Positions 19,601 through 26,790 of a DNA stretch of 40,995 nucleotides are shown here, one piece after another. The stretch is from a virus (Duplodnaviria; Caudoviricetes): the IMG/VR virus record IMGVR_UViG_3300042923_000914, positions 1 to 40,995 of that record. One strand, written 5' to 3'. Positions within the stretch are counted from its first letter, which is position 1. Each line of letters opens with the position of its first letter. The translations under genes and the position numbers were made by a program. The notes under the pieces are model-generated. The model did no database searches and had not been told where the DNA came from. It was given only the letters and a program-made list of their open reading frames with translations.

Positions 19601-19642
19601 GGAGATTTAAGGATTTGCACCTTTACAGCTAATTCAATCTCC
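19601..19642 (-). ncRNA. Minimal tRNA-like element (acceptor stem plus T-arm)
   Basis: GGAGAUU/AAUCUCC stem; AAGG-UGCAAAU-CCUU T-arm; 11-12 nt linker only. Confidence 0.5.
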
Positions 19643-19778
19643 ATGAACATCCTTTAGACCTGCGAAACCTAATAAAAGGATGTTGCTAACTTTTTCATTT
19701 AATCATAAAAGGAACACATAAAATAAAACATTTTTCTTAATCAATATTATCATTGGGAGTATTCGCCGTACTCCATGT

Positions 19779-19837
19779 TGGTTATAGAGAGATTCGAACT
19801 CTCAGCTCTAAGGCTTATCCCAAGTTGATATACAACC
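19779..19837 (-). ncRNA. 59-nt tRNA-like element lacking a canonical anticodon arm
   Basis: GGUUGUA/UAUAACC acceptor stem, GAGAG-UUCGAAU-CUCUC T-arm, D-like UAUC-AACUUGG-GAUA, 3-bp remnant arm. Confidence 0.7.
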
Positions 19838-19989
19838 ATAGTAGGGGCTGTTAACCCCTATAGGCATTTCTTACTAAAGATACTTTTTAAGTTTACTAAG
19901 TCCCCACTATGCAAACCAATAGGTATTTTTAGTACTGCTTCATCTGTACCTAACAGTCTTTTGTTTAATTTATATAAATAAAAGAGGGA

Positions 19990-20337
19990 TCATATTATAC
20001 ATTTGTTTTCATTCACCAGTCTCCTGGGAGTATCCCAAGTTACTATCTTTCTAGCTTCTTTTTTTAAAACTATATCCCCATCAGGTAATGTTTCATATAT
20101 GCTACGATTCTTTAATATAAAAGATTTATCACTTATATAGTTTTTAGATTGAGAATTAACTGCTCTAATTTCTTCTTTTCTTTGTGTTAATGCCATCTCA
20201 TGTTGTTTCTTTAAGTGACTTAGATTTCTTTGTATGCACTTTCTAACAGCTTCTATATTAGCCTTTAACTTCTTAGCTATTTCTACTGCATTAAAGCCTT
20301 TTAAATACAAATATCTAACTTCTTCTTTATCTAGCAT
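19990..20337 (-). CDS. HTH DNA-binding protein, first late gene
   Basis: YLKGFNAVEIAKKLKANIEAVRKCIQR HTH. Confidence 0.75.
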   Translation of the reverse strand: MLDKEEVRYLYLKGFNAVEIAKKLKANIEAVRKCIQRNLSHLKKQHEMALTQRKEEIRAVNSQSKNYISDKSFILKNRSIYETLPDGDIVLKKEARKIVTWDTPRRLVNENKCII

Positions 20338-20382
20338 TAATTCACCTTCTTTTGGGTATAGTTTATTAAAGTCCTATTAACT

Positions 20383-20458
20383 GGACATTTCTATACTTCT
20401 ATTATAAGATATATTAATACCTCTTGGAAGGACATAAAGCGGACATTCAACAGGACAT
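20383..20458 (-). promoter_or_regulatory. Late promoter with phased ATGTCC direct repeats
   Basis: GGACAT at 20430, 20441, 20453 and 20383 (plus-strand reading); TTCCAA-17-TATAAT on minus strand (20429-20401). Confidence 0.7.
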
Positions 20459-20459
20459 T

Positions 20460-20690
20460 TCAGTATTTTAAACATCTTTCTATTCTTCTAACGTGCCTTT
20501 CACTTATACCAATTATTTCACTTGCTTTAAGTTGAGTGTAGCCTTTAATAAATCTTAAATATTTAACCTTGTCCTCAGTTTTATTAAGCTTATTAATATA
20601 CTGTTTATCAAGTTCTTCATCTTCAATAGTTATGTCAAGTTCTTCTTTTATTCTAAGCTTGTCTGATAAGTCTTTTTTATCTTTACTCAT
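20460..20690 (-). CDS. Sigma70-region-4-type HTH protein, probable late activator
   Basis: KGYTQLKASEIIGISERHVRRIE; start moved to ATG 20690 after GGAGG; sits directly above the repeats. Confidence 0.75.
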   Translation of the reverse strand: MSKDKKDLSDKLRIKEELDITIEDEELDKQYINKLNKTEDKVKYLRFIKGYTQLKASEIIGISERHVRRIERCLKY

Positions 20691-20691
20691 G

Positions 20692-21042
20692 CTATTCCTC
20701 CAATAAATCAGGATTTTCATAAATATCACCTATAATACTCATATGAGTAAGTTGACCATTTTCCATTGCACAATCGTAAAGAATATTTACATTAGAATTT
20801 TGATAGCTAATTATAAATGCACCATGCAAATAATTTACAATCCATTTAGTTCCAGTTACTAAAAACTTTAAAATATCTCCTTCATAAATTTCTTTACCAT
20901 TCTTATCCTTAAGACCTGTATATTGCATATAAATAGCATCAACCGGTATATCTTCTATTAAATTAGTTTGGTCAATCTCGAAAAACTCCCATTCACAATG
21001 ATCCTCATATTTTTTACAACTTCTAAACTTAAGCTCCCTCAT
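20692..21042 (-). CDS. YopX family protein
   Basis: MRELKFR, MQYTGLKDKNGKEIYEGDI and IGDIYENPDLL motifs. Confidence 0.92.
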   Translation of the reverse strand: MRELKFRSCKKYEDHCEWEFFEIDQTNLIEDIPVDAIYMQYTGLKDKNGKEIYEGDILKFLVTGTKWIVNYLHGAFIISYQNSNVNILYDCAMENGQLTHMSIIGDIYENPDLLEE

Positions 21043-21043
21043 A

Positions 21044-21409
21044 TCAATCCACCTCACTTATTACAGTTATCTTCCCTGTAGTAAAATTTCTTATTATGTT
21101 ACTTATACTTGCTTGGCATAGGTTATATTTCTTGCATAATTCCTGTTGTCCAATCCCTGCTTCAAAGTCTTGTTTTATTTGAATGTTTCTATATATGTTT
21201 TCATCTTTAACTTCTCTTTGAGAACTACTTTTCAATATATCCTCAGGAAAGAAATCTTCTTTGTACAATTCCTTACCATCTTTTAATATCACACATCTAA
21301 ACCTTCTATTGTTTACAACTTCTTTTATCTTTACATGTTTAGTTATTTCATTTCTAGTTACAGTAAATGTTTTACCTATATAGCTGCTTAAATCTTTATT
21401 CATAATCAA
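21044..21409 (-). CDS. Hypothetical protein with C-terminal Mor-like HTH
   Basis: RNIQIKQDF..ELCKKYNLCQASISNII. Confidence 0.6.
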   Translation of the reverse strand: MIMNKDLSSYIGKTFTVTRNEITKHVKIKEVVNNRRFRCVILKDGKELYKEDFFPEDILKSSSQREVKDENIYRNIQIKQDFEAGIGQQELCKKYNLCQASISNIIRNFTTGKITVISEVD

Positions 21410-21415
21410 TCCTCC

Positions 21416-21616
21416 TTAAAGTTCATAGTAAGCTATAACTTTCCCTTTCAATTTTCTATTATCTAAATCAGCAATAGCATCTTCCACTGAATCAAATTTA
21501 CACTCGCATATATGCCCTTTGGTAAGATTCACAAATTGATACTTACCATCACCCTTATTAGGCATTATAGAAACTTGTACGTCTCCATGTGGTCTTACAA
21601 CTACATACCTTAACAT
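21416..21616 (-). CDS. Hypothetical protein
   Basis: ORF with RBS in operon. Confidence 0.7.
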   Translation of the reverse strand: MLRYVVVRPHGDVQVSIMPNKGDGKYQFVNLTKGHICECKFDSVEDAIADLDNRKLKGKVIAYYEL

Positions 21617-21745
21617 CTATAAATCTTCCTCCCTAACAACAATAATCTTGTCCTTATTCTTTTCATAAATTCTCCATACAACTAACCCTACGAATATGTT
21701 TATTATTAATACAGATATACCAAATAATTTAATCCAACCCCACAT
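21617..21745 (-). CDS. 42-aa single-TM peptide, not in the ORF track
   Basis: MWGWIKLFGISVLIINIFVGLVVWRIYEKNKDKIIVVREEDL; fills the gap exactly. Confidence 0.65.
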   Translation of the reverse strand: MWGWIKLFGISVLIINIFVGLVVWRIYEKNKDKIIVVREEDL

Positions 21746-21749
21746 ATCC

Positions 21750-21911
21750 TCACTTCCTTTTATCTAATTCATTAACCTTATCTATAACCTCATCTAACTT
21801 AATCAGCAGCTTATTTAAAACTGAATATATTTGTTCTAATTCTGTCTTTCTATCCCATCTAAGCTTAAAGCTTGTATCCTGCTTAATTCTTATATTTAGC
21901 TTCTTAATCAT
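21750..21911 (-). CDS. 53-aa hypothetical protein, not in the ORF track
   Basis: MIKKLNIRIKQDTSFKLRW...; GGGAG RBS. Confidence 0.6.
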   Translation of the reverse strand: MIKKLNIRIKQDTSFKLRWDRKTELEQIYSVLNKLLIKLDEVIDKVNELDKRK

Positions 21912-21915
21912 TTAA

Positions 21916-22512
21916 TCAGCTCCCTATATACTTAATTGGATATACTTTAAATAATCTTTCAAACTCATTTAAACCTTTTAATTTCGCCGAATCATGATGT
22001 TTTTCGCAGAGACATATTTTCTCTTGATTTATAGAATAACTAACTCCTTTATCTCCACATATGCAGCATATAGAATGTTTTAATGTTGTATATAAATACT
22101 TACCTATATCGTCAGTACGTTCTAAAGCTGTTTGAGATAGAGGAACATCTTGTCCTATACAAAAGTCTATTAACCATGTTATAAACTCTCTAGCGACCTC
22201 TAAACTGCAATCTGATAGGCTAAAAGGTTCTATGTCAAAATCTATACAAAAACTTAATGTCAATAGTTGCCTTGCATATTCAGCTTCATACCCTGTATAC
22301 AGTGAAAAGTCTTTTACCATTGCAAATATCTTCTTACGTTGATCTGCTGTTATTGTCCTTCCATCATCAAGTTTTATTTCCCCTTTTAATCCCTTATCAG
22401 TTGCATATCTCAATATTTCATCTTTAGAAGCATCTGTGACAACTTCTAAGACTACTTTATTATTCTTTTCACTTACTTTTTGTATCTCTATTGGTTGCCA
22501 CATATTCTTCAT
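21916..22512 (-). CDS. Putative HNHc nuclease-like (DUF968-like) protein
   Basis: DGRTITADQRKKIFA, FSLSDCS and CCICG..LCEKHH motifs; HNH segment looks shortened. Confidence 0.75.
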   Translation of the reverse strand: MKNMWQPIEIQKVSEKNNKVVLEVVTDASKDEILRYATDKGLKGEIKLDDGRTITADQRKKIFAMVKDFSLYTGYEAEYARQLLTLSFCIDFDIEPFSLSDCSLEVAREFITWLIDFCIGQDVPLSQTALERTDDIGKYLYTTLKHSICCICGDKGVSYSINQEKICLCEKHHDSAKLKGLNEFERLFKVYPIKYIGS

Positions 22513-22515
22513 ACT

Positions 22516-23046
22516 TTATTCTCCTTCTTTTAAATGCATATCATAGTAGGTTACTCCTACTGCCATAGCTGCCCATATATCAGCTTTAAATCCGTAAAAT
22601 ACATCAGGGTTTTTCTTATTACCTTTACCATTTTTAAAGTCATGTTTAGCAAATCTATCTATCAATGCTTGTCTTATATTGCTATCTTTAGCTTTCATAC
22701 TGCCACATAGATTAATCTTTTCATCTTTTCTATAAACATACTCAGGCTTTGTTTCAGCTTCAAATATAATCATTTGTACAAATCTACCTATCCATACACA
22801 AGTTTCAAAAACAGTTTTTCCTACTGCCATTCCATAACTTGCTATCATTTCTATAGCCACATGCTCAAATAGATATTTTCTATAAAGTTTTTTTATACTT
22901 GCCAATAATTCAATATTAGGTATCTTTCCAAACTCTACAGGAATTAAATTTTCATCTAAAATTACAAATGCACTTTCAACATCTCCTGGATCTATCGCTA
23001 ATATTTTTCTTGCATGATAACTACTACTATTCGTCAATATCTTCAC
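22516..23046 (-). CDS. RuvC-like Holliday junction resolvase
   Basis: LAIDPG, AIEMI and ADIWAA acidic motifs. Confidence 0.75.
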   Translation of the reverse strand: MKILTNSSSYHARKILAIDPGDVESAFVILDENLIPVEFGKIPNIELLASIKKLYRKYLFEHVAIEMIASYGMAVGKTVFETCVWIGRFVQMIIFEAETKPEYVYRKDEKINLCGSMKAKDSNIRQALIDRFAKHDFKNGKGNKKNPDVFYGFKADIWAAMAVGVTYYDMHLKEGE

Positions 23047-23332
23047 CTTCTTCTTCCTGTAACCTATTATCTAAAAATTCTTCAAGTTTCTCATAGGTTG
23101 ATATAATCACAAATATTATAGTTGCAGCTAAAGCTAAATTAACTATAGGTGTAACAAGTACAACTATTATAAATTCAACTTTTATTCCACTTTTATTAGG
23201 CAACTTACTATCAATCAACATTTGTTTATCAATCATGGAGATATCTGTTTTAACTTTATAGAACAGTAAACCTAATGACATTAACGCAATTATTATAGAT
23301 ACTAAATAAAACTTAAAAATCAAAATCAACAT
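23027..23332 (-). CDS. Membrane protein
   Basis: Two long hydrophobic segments. Confidence 0.7.
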   Translation of the reverse strand: MLILIFKFYLVSIIIALMSLGLLFYKVKTDISMIDKQMLIDSKLPNKSGIKVEFIIVVLVTPIVNLALAATIIFVIISTYEKLEEFLDNRLQEEEGEDIDE

Positions 23333-23721
23333 TCAATCACCTCATCTAAATAGTTTCTATTACCCATCATACGAAATATTAAATCTTCTCTTTTATATCC
23401 TTCTTTACCCCTTATTAAAGTCTTTGTAATAGCCTTTATACTGTTATCAGAGCATTTCAAAAGTTCTTTAAGCCCTTTATGCTCGTAATAAGGTTTGTCC
23501 AGTAACAATGTCAATTTAAGCTGAAATTCTTGTATATATCTAAGCATCATTTCTTTATCATGGTGTATTCCGGTAGGACTTTCAGTATGATGTTTTATAC
23601 ATAAAGGAACTATATTCATAGGCACATGAACCATATAAGGAGCTCTTTTTCTTGAAATAATATGATGTCCTTGACCTGGTTTATAAATTTCATTCTTCAT
23701 ACATTCGATACAATATTCCAA
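23326..23721 (-). CDS. HNH-like zinc-binding protein
   Basis: CIEC, HHII, N..PLC..HH..GIH. Confidence 0.7.
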   Translation of the reverse strand: MEYCIECMKNEIYKPGQGHHIISRKRAPYMVHVPMNIVPLCIKHHTESPTGIHHDKEMMLRYIQEFQLKLTLLLDKPYYEHKGLKELLKCSDNSIKAITKTLIRGKEGYKREDLIFRMMGNRNYLDEVIEC

Positions 23722-23725
23722 ACAA

Positions 23726-23884
23726 TCACTTCCTTTTAGATCTTTCTCTTAATTTATTAGCTTTCAAAACGCCCTCAACTTTCAAACAATTAACGTCATT
23801 TGTCTTACGTCTTTCTTTATATCTCTTTTTGTATTTATCATTTAGAACCTTTTTCATAAAATCACTCTTACTTAAAACCTCCAT
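23726..23884 (-). CDS. 52-aa basic protein, not in the ORF track
   Basis: MEVLSKSDFMKKVLNDKYKKRYKERRK...; AGAAGG RBS. Confidence 0.6.
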   Translation of the reverse strand: MEVLSKSDFMKKVLNDKYKKRYKERRKTNDVNCLKVEGVLKANKLRERSKRK

Positions 23885-23920
23885 GTTTACAACCTTCTCA
23901 CTTAGTTATTATTTGCATAT

Positions 23921-23968
23921 GAGAATAGAGCGATAAAACTATTGTTGATTTATTCTCTATTCTCTTTT
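23921..23968 (+). terminator. Long hairpin with T-tract on plus strand
   Basis: GAGAATAGAG..CTCTATTCTC-TTTT. Confidence 0.55.
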
Positions 23969-24006
23969 ATTTCAGATTATTTTTGTATTACGTAGCAACT
24001 AAAGCT

Positions 24007-24234
24007 TTAAAGGGTGCCCATTCGTTGTTTTTTCTTATTAAATTCATCTTCTCTAATAGCTCCCTCAAAGAACATACACGATAGATTATTATCTTTAATC
24101 TTCTTTACAATTTCGTTTCTTGTAAGTTTTCCATATCCAAAAATTGCAATAAAGTCGCCATAATCTTCTCTATTATCTTCAACTTTTTTACATTTAACTT
24201 CATTTTTTTTAAAATATTCTAATGCATTTTCCAT
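24007..24234 (-). CDS. Hypothetical protein (cassette-like)
   Basis: Preceded by the conserved boundary motif with RBS. Confidence 0.75.
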   Translation of the reverse strand: MENALEYFKKNEVKCKKVEDNREDYGDFIAIFGYGKLTRNEIVKKIKDNNLSCMFFEGAIREDEFNKKKQRMGTL

Positions 24235-24240
24235 ATTTCA

Positions 24241-24259
24241 CTCCCTCACAATAATTTCA
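24241..24259 (-). repeat. Boundary motif TGAAATTATTGTGAGGGAG
   Basis: Identical to 24817-24835. Confidence 0.9.
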
Positions 24260-24262
24260 AAC

Positions 24263-24808
24263 TTACTCAGTAAAATATTTCTCTATTTCTTGCTTTAAAT
24301 CTTCGCTAATCTCTCCATTAAGCATCATTAGTAAATCATCCTTAGCCATTTCTTTTTCAATCATTGAAGTTTGATGAAACTCAAATTCATTAATTACTGT
24401 TTCTGCTTTATAATTCACCTTGCTCAATGTTCCATTAGTGATATGACTATACACTTTTGGTACTTGTCTTAGTATGAAACTATAATCACTTAATTCTTTT
24501 TTAAGCTGCTCTATATTTACGCTTTCATCTTCATTGCACACTATGTCTTTCCAGAAATCATTCCACTCCTTTTCGACTTCAACATTTTCAGCTTTATATC
24601 CTGGTATAGAATTGATTGTGTTTATTAATTCCAGGTATCTTTTTGTATTTGCTTTAAACTTTTCTAGAGTTTCGATATCTTCTTTAGATTTTTTCTCCTT
24701 TGACTCTATTAAAGCCATTGTATAAGATTCATCTAAAGTACTACTACTTAAACCATCTATAACATCTTTTAAATCCTGTACACTTAATTTAATGTTAAAT
24801 ATTTTCAT
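24263..24808 (-). CDS. Hypothetical protein (cassette-like)
   Basis: Flanked by two identical boundary motifs. Confidence 0.8.
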   Translation of the reverse strand: MKIFNIKLSVQDLKDVIDGLSSSTLDESYTMALIESKEKKSKEDIETLEKFKANTKRYLELINTINSIPGYKAENVEVEKEWNDFWKDIVCNEDESVNIEQLKKELSDYSFILRQVPKVYSHITNGTLSKVNYKAETVINEFEFHQTSMIEKEMAKDDLLMMLNGEISEDLKQEIEKYFTE

Positions 24809-24816
24809 AACAATCT

Positions 24817-24835
24817 CTCCCTCACAATAATTTCA
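24817..24835 (-). repeat. Boundary motif TGAAATTATTGTGAGGGAG
   Basis: Identical to 24241-24259. Confidence 0.9.
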
Positions 24836-24836
24836 A

Positions 24837-25079
24837 TTAATTCCAATCTAACTTCTGCCCACAATTAGGACAATATTCCCCTTCTACATCATTGTCATCT
24901 TTTCCACAAGTACCACAAATAGTACAACAATCCATATCATCTATCTTTTTAGGTATCTGCTTTTTTAAAGATTCAATGGCTAGTTTATAAGCTGTTTTTG
25001 TGTCTATATTCATATCGGAAACAAATTCATTTCTTACTTTTAATATCTCTATTGCTCTTTCTTCCTTCATAAACTTCAC
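24837..25079 (-). CDS. Zinc-ribbon protein (cassette-like)
   Basis: LKKQIPKK..CTICG..YCPNCGQKLDW; likely start is ATG 25070. Confidence 0.8.
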   Translation of the reverse strand: MKFMKEERAIEILKVRNEFVSDMNIDTKTAYKLAIESLKKQIPKKIDDMDCCTICGTCGKDDNDVEGEYCPNCGQKLDWN

Positions 25080-25097
25080 TCCCTCATAATAATCTCA
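25079..25097 (-). repeat. Boundary motif variant TGAGATTATTATGAGGGAG
   Basis: 17/19 match to consensus. Confidence 0.85.
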
Positions 25098-25280
25098 TTA
25101 ATCATAGCACCTTACATTAATTTCTTTTCCACAAAAAGGACATACCTCATAATCTGCCTTTAACAGCTTGTCATACTTATTATTTCTAGTCACAATCACA
25201 TCTTCACCGCAAGATCTAGAGTATCTCCACTTATCTTTATCCAACCATTCTTCACCTTTCCACTCACAATATTTACTCAT
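25098..25280 (-). CDS. Small zinc-binding protein (cassette-like)
   Basis: CEW..SCG..CPFCGKEI. Confidence 0.8.
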   Translation of the reverse strand: MSKYCEWKGEEWLDKDKWRYSRSCGEDVIVTRNNKYDKLLKADYEVCPFCGKEINVRCYD

Positions 25281-25285
25281 TCTTA

Positions 25286-25304
25286 CTCCCTCGCAATAAT
25301 TTCA
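25286..25304 (-). repeat. Boundary motif variant TGAAATTATTGCGAGGGAG
   Basis: 18/19 match to consensus. Confidence 0.88.
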
Positions 25305-25517
25305 TTAACCCCAGTGTCCATTACGCTTTAGAATCTCTATTACTTCATCCGCATAGGGTTCATCTGTATTTATAACTAGATATTCATTGTTCTTTTTACC
25401 ATCCATGCTCCTAGAATCTGCTATAGTTTCTAAAATACCATTTAGAGATTCTTGTCCTTTAGTGTTTAAATACTTCTCCGCATCATCATTTTTGATTACA
25501 GCAAATTTCATTTTCAC
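25305..25517 (-). CDS. Hypothetical phage protein
   Basis: YLVINTDEPYADEVIEILKRNGHWG; stop abuts boundary motif. Confidence 0.8.
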   Translation of the reverse strand: MKMKFAVIKNDDAEKYLNTKGQESLNGILETIADSRSMDGKKNNEYLVINTDEPYADEVIEILKRNGHWG

Positions 25518-25537
25518 AATTATTCACTCCTCTATTT

Positions 25538-25792
25538 TTAATAGCTTCTACTCCAAGTAACATTTACTTTTTTATATTTTTCAAAAATCAGATCCGTTAT
25601 TTCATATGTCATTTTACCCTTGTGAAAAACTTGCTCTCCATCGTTGTCCAGATTTTCAATAACCCAACCTCGTCCAGCTTCATTTTGTACATACGCTAAT
25701 CTAACTTTTACATCATCACATTTAAGATTTAACCTTGGAGTATATAACATCTTTCTATATAATCCAGGTTTACTTAAAACCATCCTTCTCAC
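25538..25792 (-). CDS. Hypothetical protein
   Basis: GGAGGTG RBS; likely start at MVLSKP. Confidence 0.7.
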   Translation of the reverse strand: MRRMVLSKPGLYRKMLYTPRLNLKCDDVKVRLAYVQNEAGRGWVIENLDNDGEQVFHKGKMTYEITDLIFEKYKKVNVTWSRSY

Positions 25793-26033
25793 CTCCGTAC
25801 TTATTCTTTAACTCTAAGAGCTTTTTCATCTTATCTTCATGCTCTTTTATTTCTTCTTGAATCCTTTTATTTATAACTGAGTTGATGCATACAAGAAACT
25901 TCTTAGCTGGTTGTCTACCTTCATCAATCATGTTAAAGGCAAAGTATAAACCCGCTTTTGTATATCCTGTTTGATTTTCAACGTCTGGACCTTTTAAACC
26001 AATCCCTTTTCTAAACTCAGCGTAGCTTTTCAC
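25770..26033 (-). CDS. HTH-like hypothetical protein
   Basis: FRKGIGLKGPDVENQTGYTK resembles an XRE HTH start. Confidence 0.55.
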   Translation of the reverse strand: MKSYAEFRKGIGLKGPDVENQTGYTKAGLYFAFNMIDEGRQPAKKFLVCINSVINKRIQEEIKEHEDKMKKLLELKNKYGGEKDGFK

Positions 26034-26141
26034 CTCTCCACCTTCTTTTCTGTTTTAGTATTTTCCCTTTACTTTTTAATCTATTTTAGTCAAGTATTTA
26101 GTTCGGAATAATTTCAAATAGTTATTTTTAAAATTAAATAT

Positions 26142-26181
26142 AAAAATACCGTAAAATCCATTCCTGAATAATACGGTACTT
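26142..26181 (-). terminator. Moron terminator
   Basis: GUACCGUA..UACGGUAU-UUUU on minus strand. Confidence 0.7.
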
Positions 26182-26196
26182 TTATTAATTTTATAT

Positions 26197-26475
26197 TTAT
26201 TTAAATTCTTTTTCTTGAAAACTTTTATATTCATCAACGCTATCAAAGTAAGTAAACCTGCCCCCGTTTGAATCTGTTAACCAGTTTATATCCTCTTTCC
26301 TTAATTGCGGACCAAGTAAACAATTCATAAGTTCTATTTGCTTTTCATCACGAACTCTGATAAGGCATCCTTCTTGTTCATTAACTATATAAAATTTACA
26401 AACTTCTTTATCAACATATACCATTGAAGTTCCACCACCAAACCAGTTACCCCTGCGGTCTTCTCTATAACCCAT
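26197..26475 (-). CDS. Moron protein of unknown function
   Basis: AGGAGGT RBS; own promoter TTTACA-16-TATTAT (26534-26507) and own terminator. Confidence 0.8.
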   Translation of the reverse strand: MGYREDRRGNWFGGGTSMVYVDKEVCKFYIVNEQEGCLIRVRDEKQIELMNCLLGPQLRKEDINWLTDSNGGRFTYFDSVDEYKSFQEKEFK

Positions 26476-26566
26476 CTGATACCTCCTAAAAATATCTTAT
26501 ACTTTAATAATACCTATTTTGTATTATTTGTAAACCTATCTTGAGATAAAATTACAAAAGTAATTC

Positions 26567-26597
26567 AAGTACCGTACTATTCAGTTTTCAAAGAACA
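26567..26597 (-). promoter_or_regulatory. rrn-type boxA plus 18-nt anti-terminator segment
   Basis: UGUUCUUUGAAAA followed by CUGAAUAGUACGGUACUU, complementary to the minus-strand RNA of 26164-26181. Confidence 0.7.
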
Positions 26598-26627
26598 TTT
26601 CCCCTCACAATAATTTCATTTTCCGAA

Positions 26628-26786
26628 CTATTTGCATTTCTTACAAACAACATAACCCTTTTCTACTCTAAAGGCTCTTACAACAGTATCTATATAATAC
26701 TTTTCATCCTTCTTTATTTCTTTACCGCATATTTCGCATTTAAGCTTTTCACCTTTTGATATATGAGTTTCATAATTAGTTTTCAT
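26628..26786 (-). CDS. 52-aa zinc-finger protein, not in the ORF track
   Basis: MKTNYETHISKGEKLKCEICGKEI...VVCKKCK; GGAGTG RBS. Confidence 0.75.
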   Translation of the reverse strand: MKTNYETHISKGEKLKCEICGKEIKKDEKYYIDTVVRAFRVEKGYVVCKKCK

Positions 26787-26790
26787 ATTA

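Larger units (their letters stand above)
19432..19985 (-). ncRNA. Putative structured non-coding RNA array in the late transcript
   Basis: No long ORF; at least five hairpins, two tRNA-like elements and anti-SD segments. Confidence 0.65.
26117..26618 (-). mobile_element. 502-bp moron cassette inserted in a palindromic site
   Basis: Direct repeat AATAATTTCA at 26107-26116 and 26609-26618; outer arms TAGTTCGGAATA and TTTTCCGAACTA. Confidence 0.65.

Noticed and set aside
19779-19837. Functional tRNA gene
   Set aside because: No 5-bp stem with 7-nt anticodon loop and only 59 nt; reported as a mimic instead.
19920-19952. Hammerhead ribozyme (CAGAUGA inside the UAGGUA/UACCUA stem)
   Set aside because: The core is not CUGANGA, and GAAA and stem III are missing.
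24241-25304. Boundary repeats as a CRISPR array
   Set aside because: The intervals are whole genes of 190-560 bp, the repeats include an RBS, and no cas genes are present.
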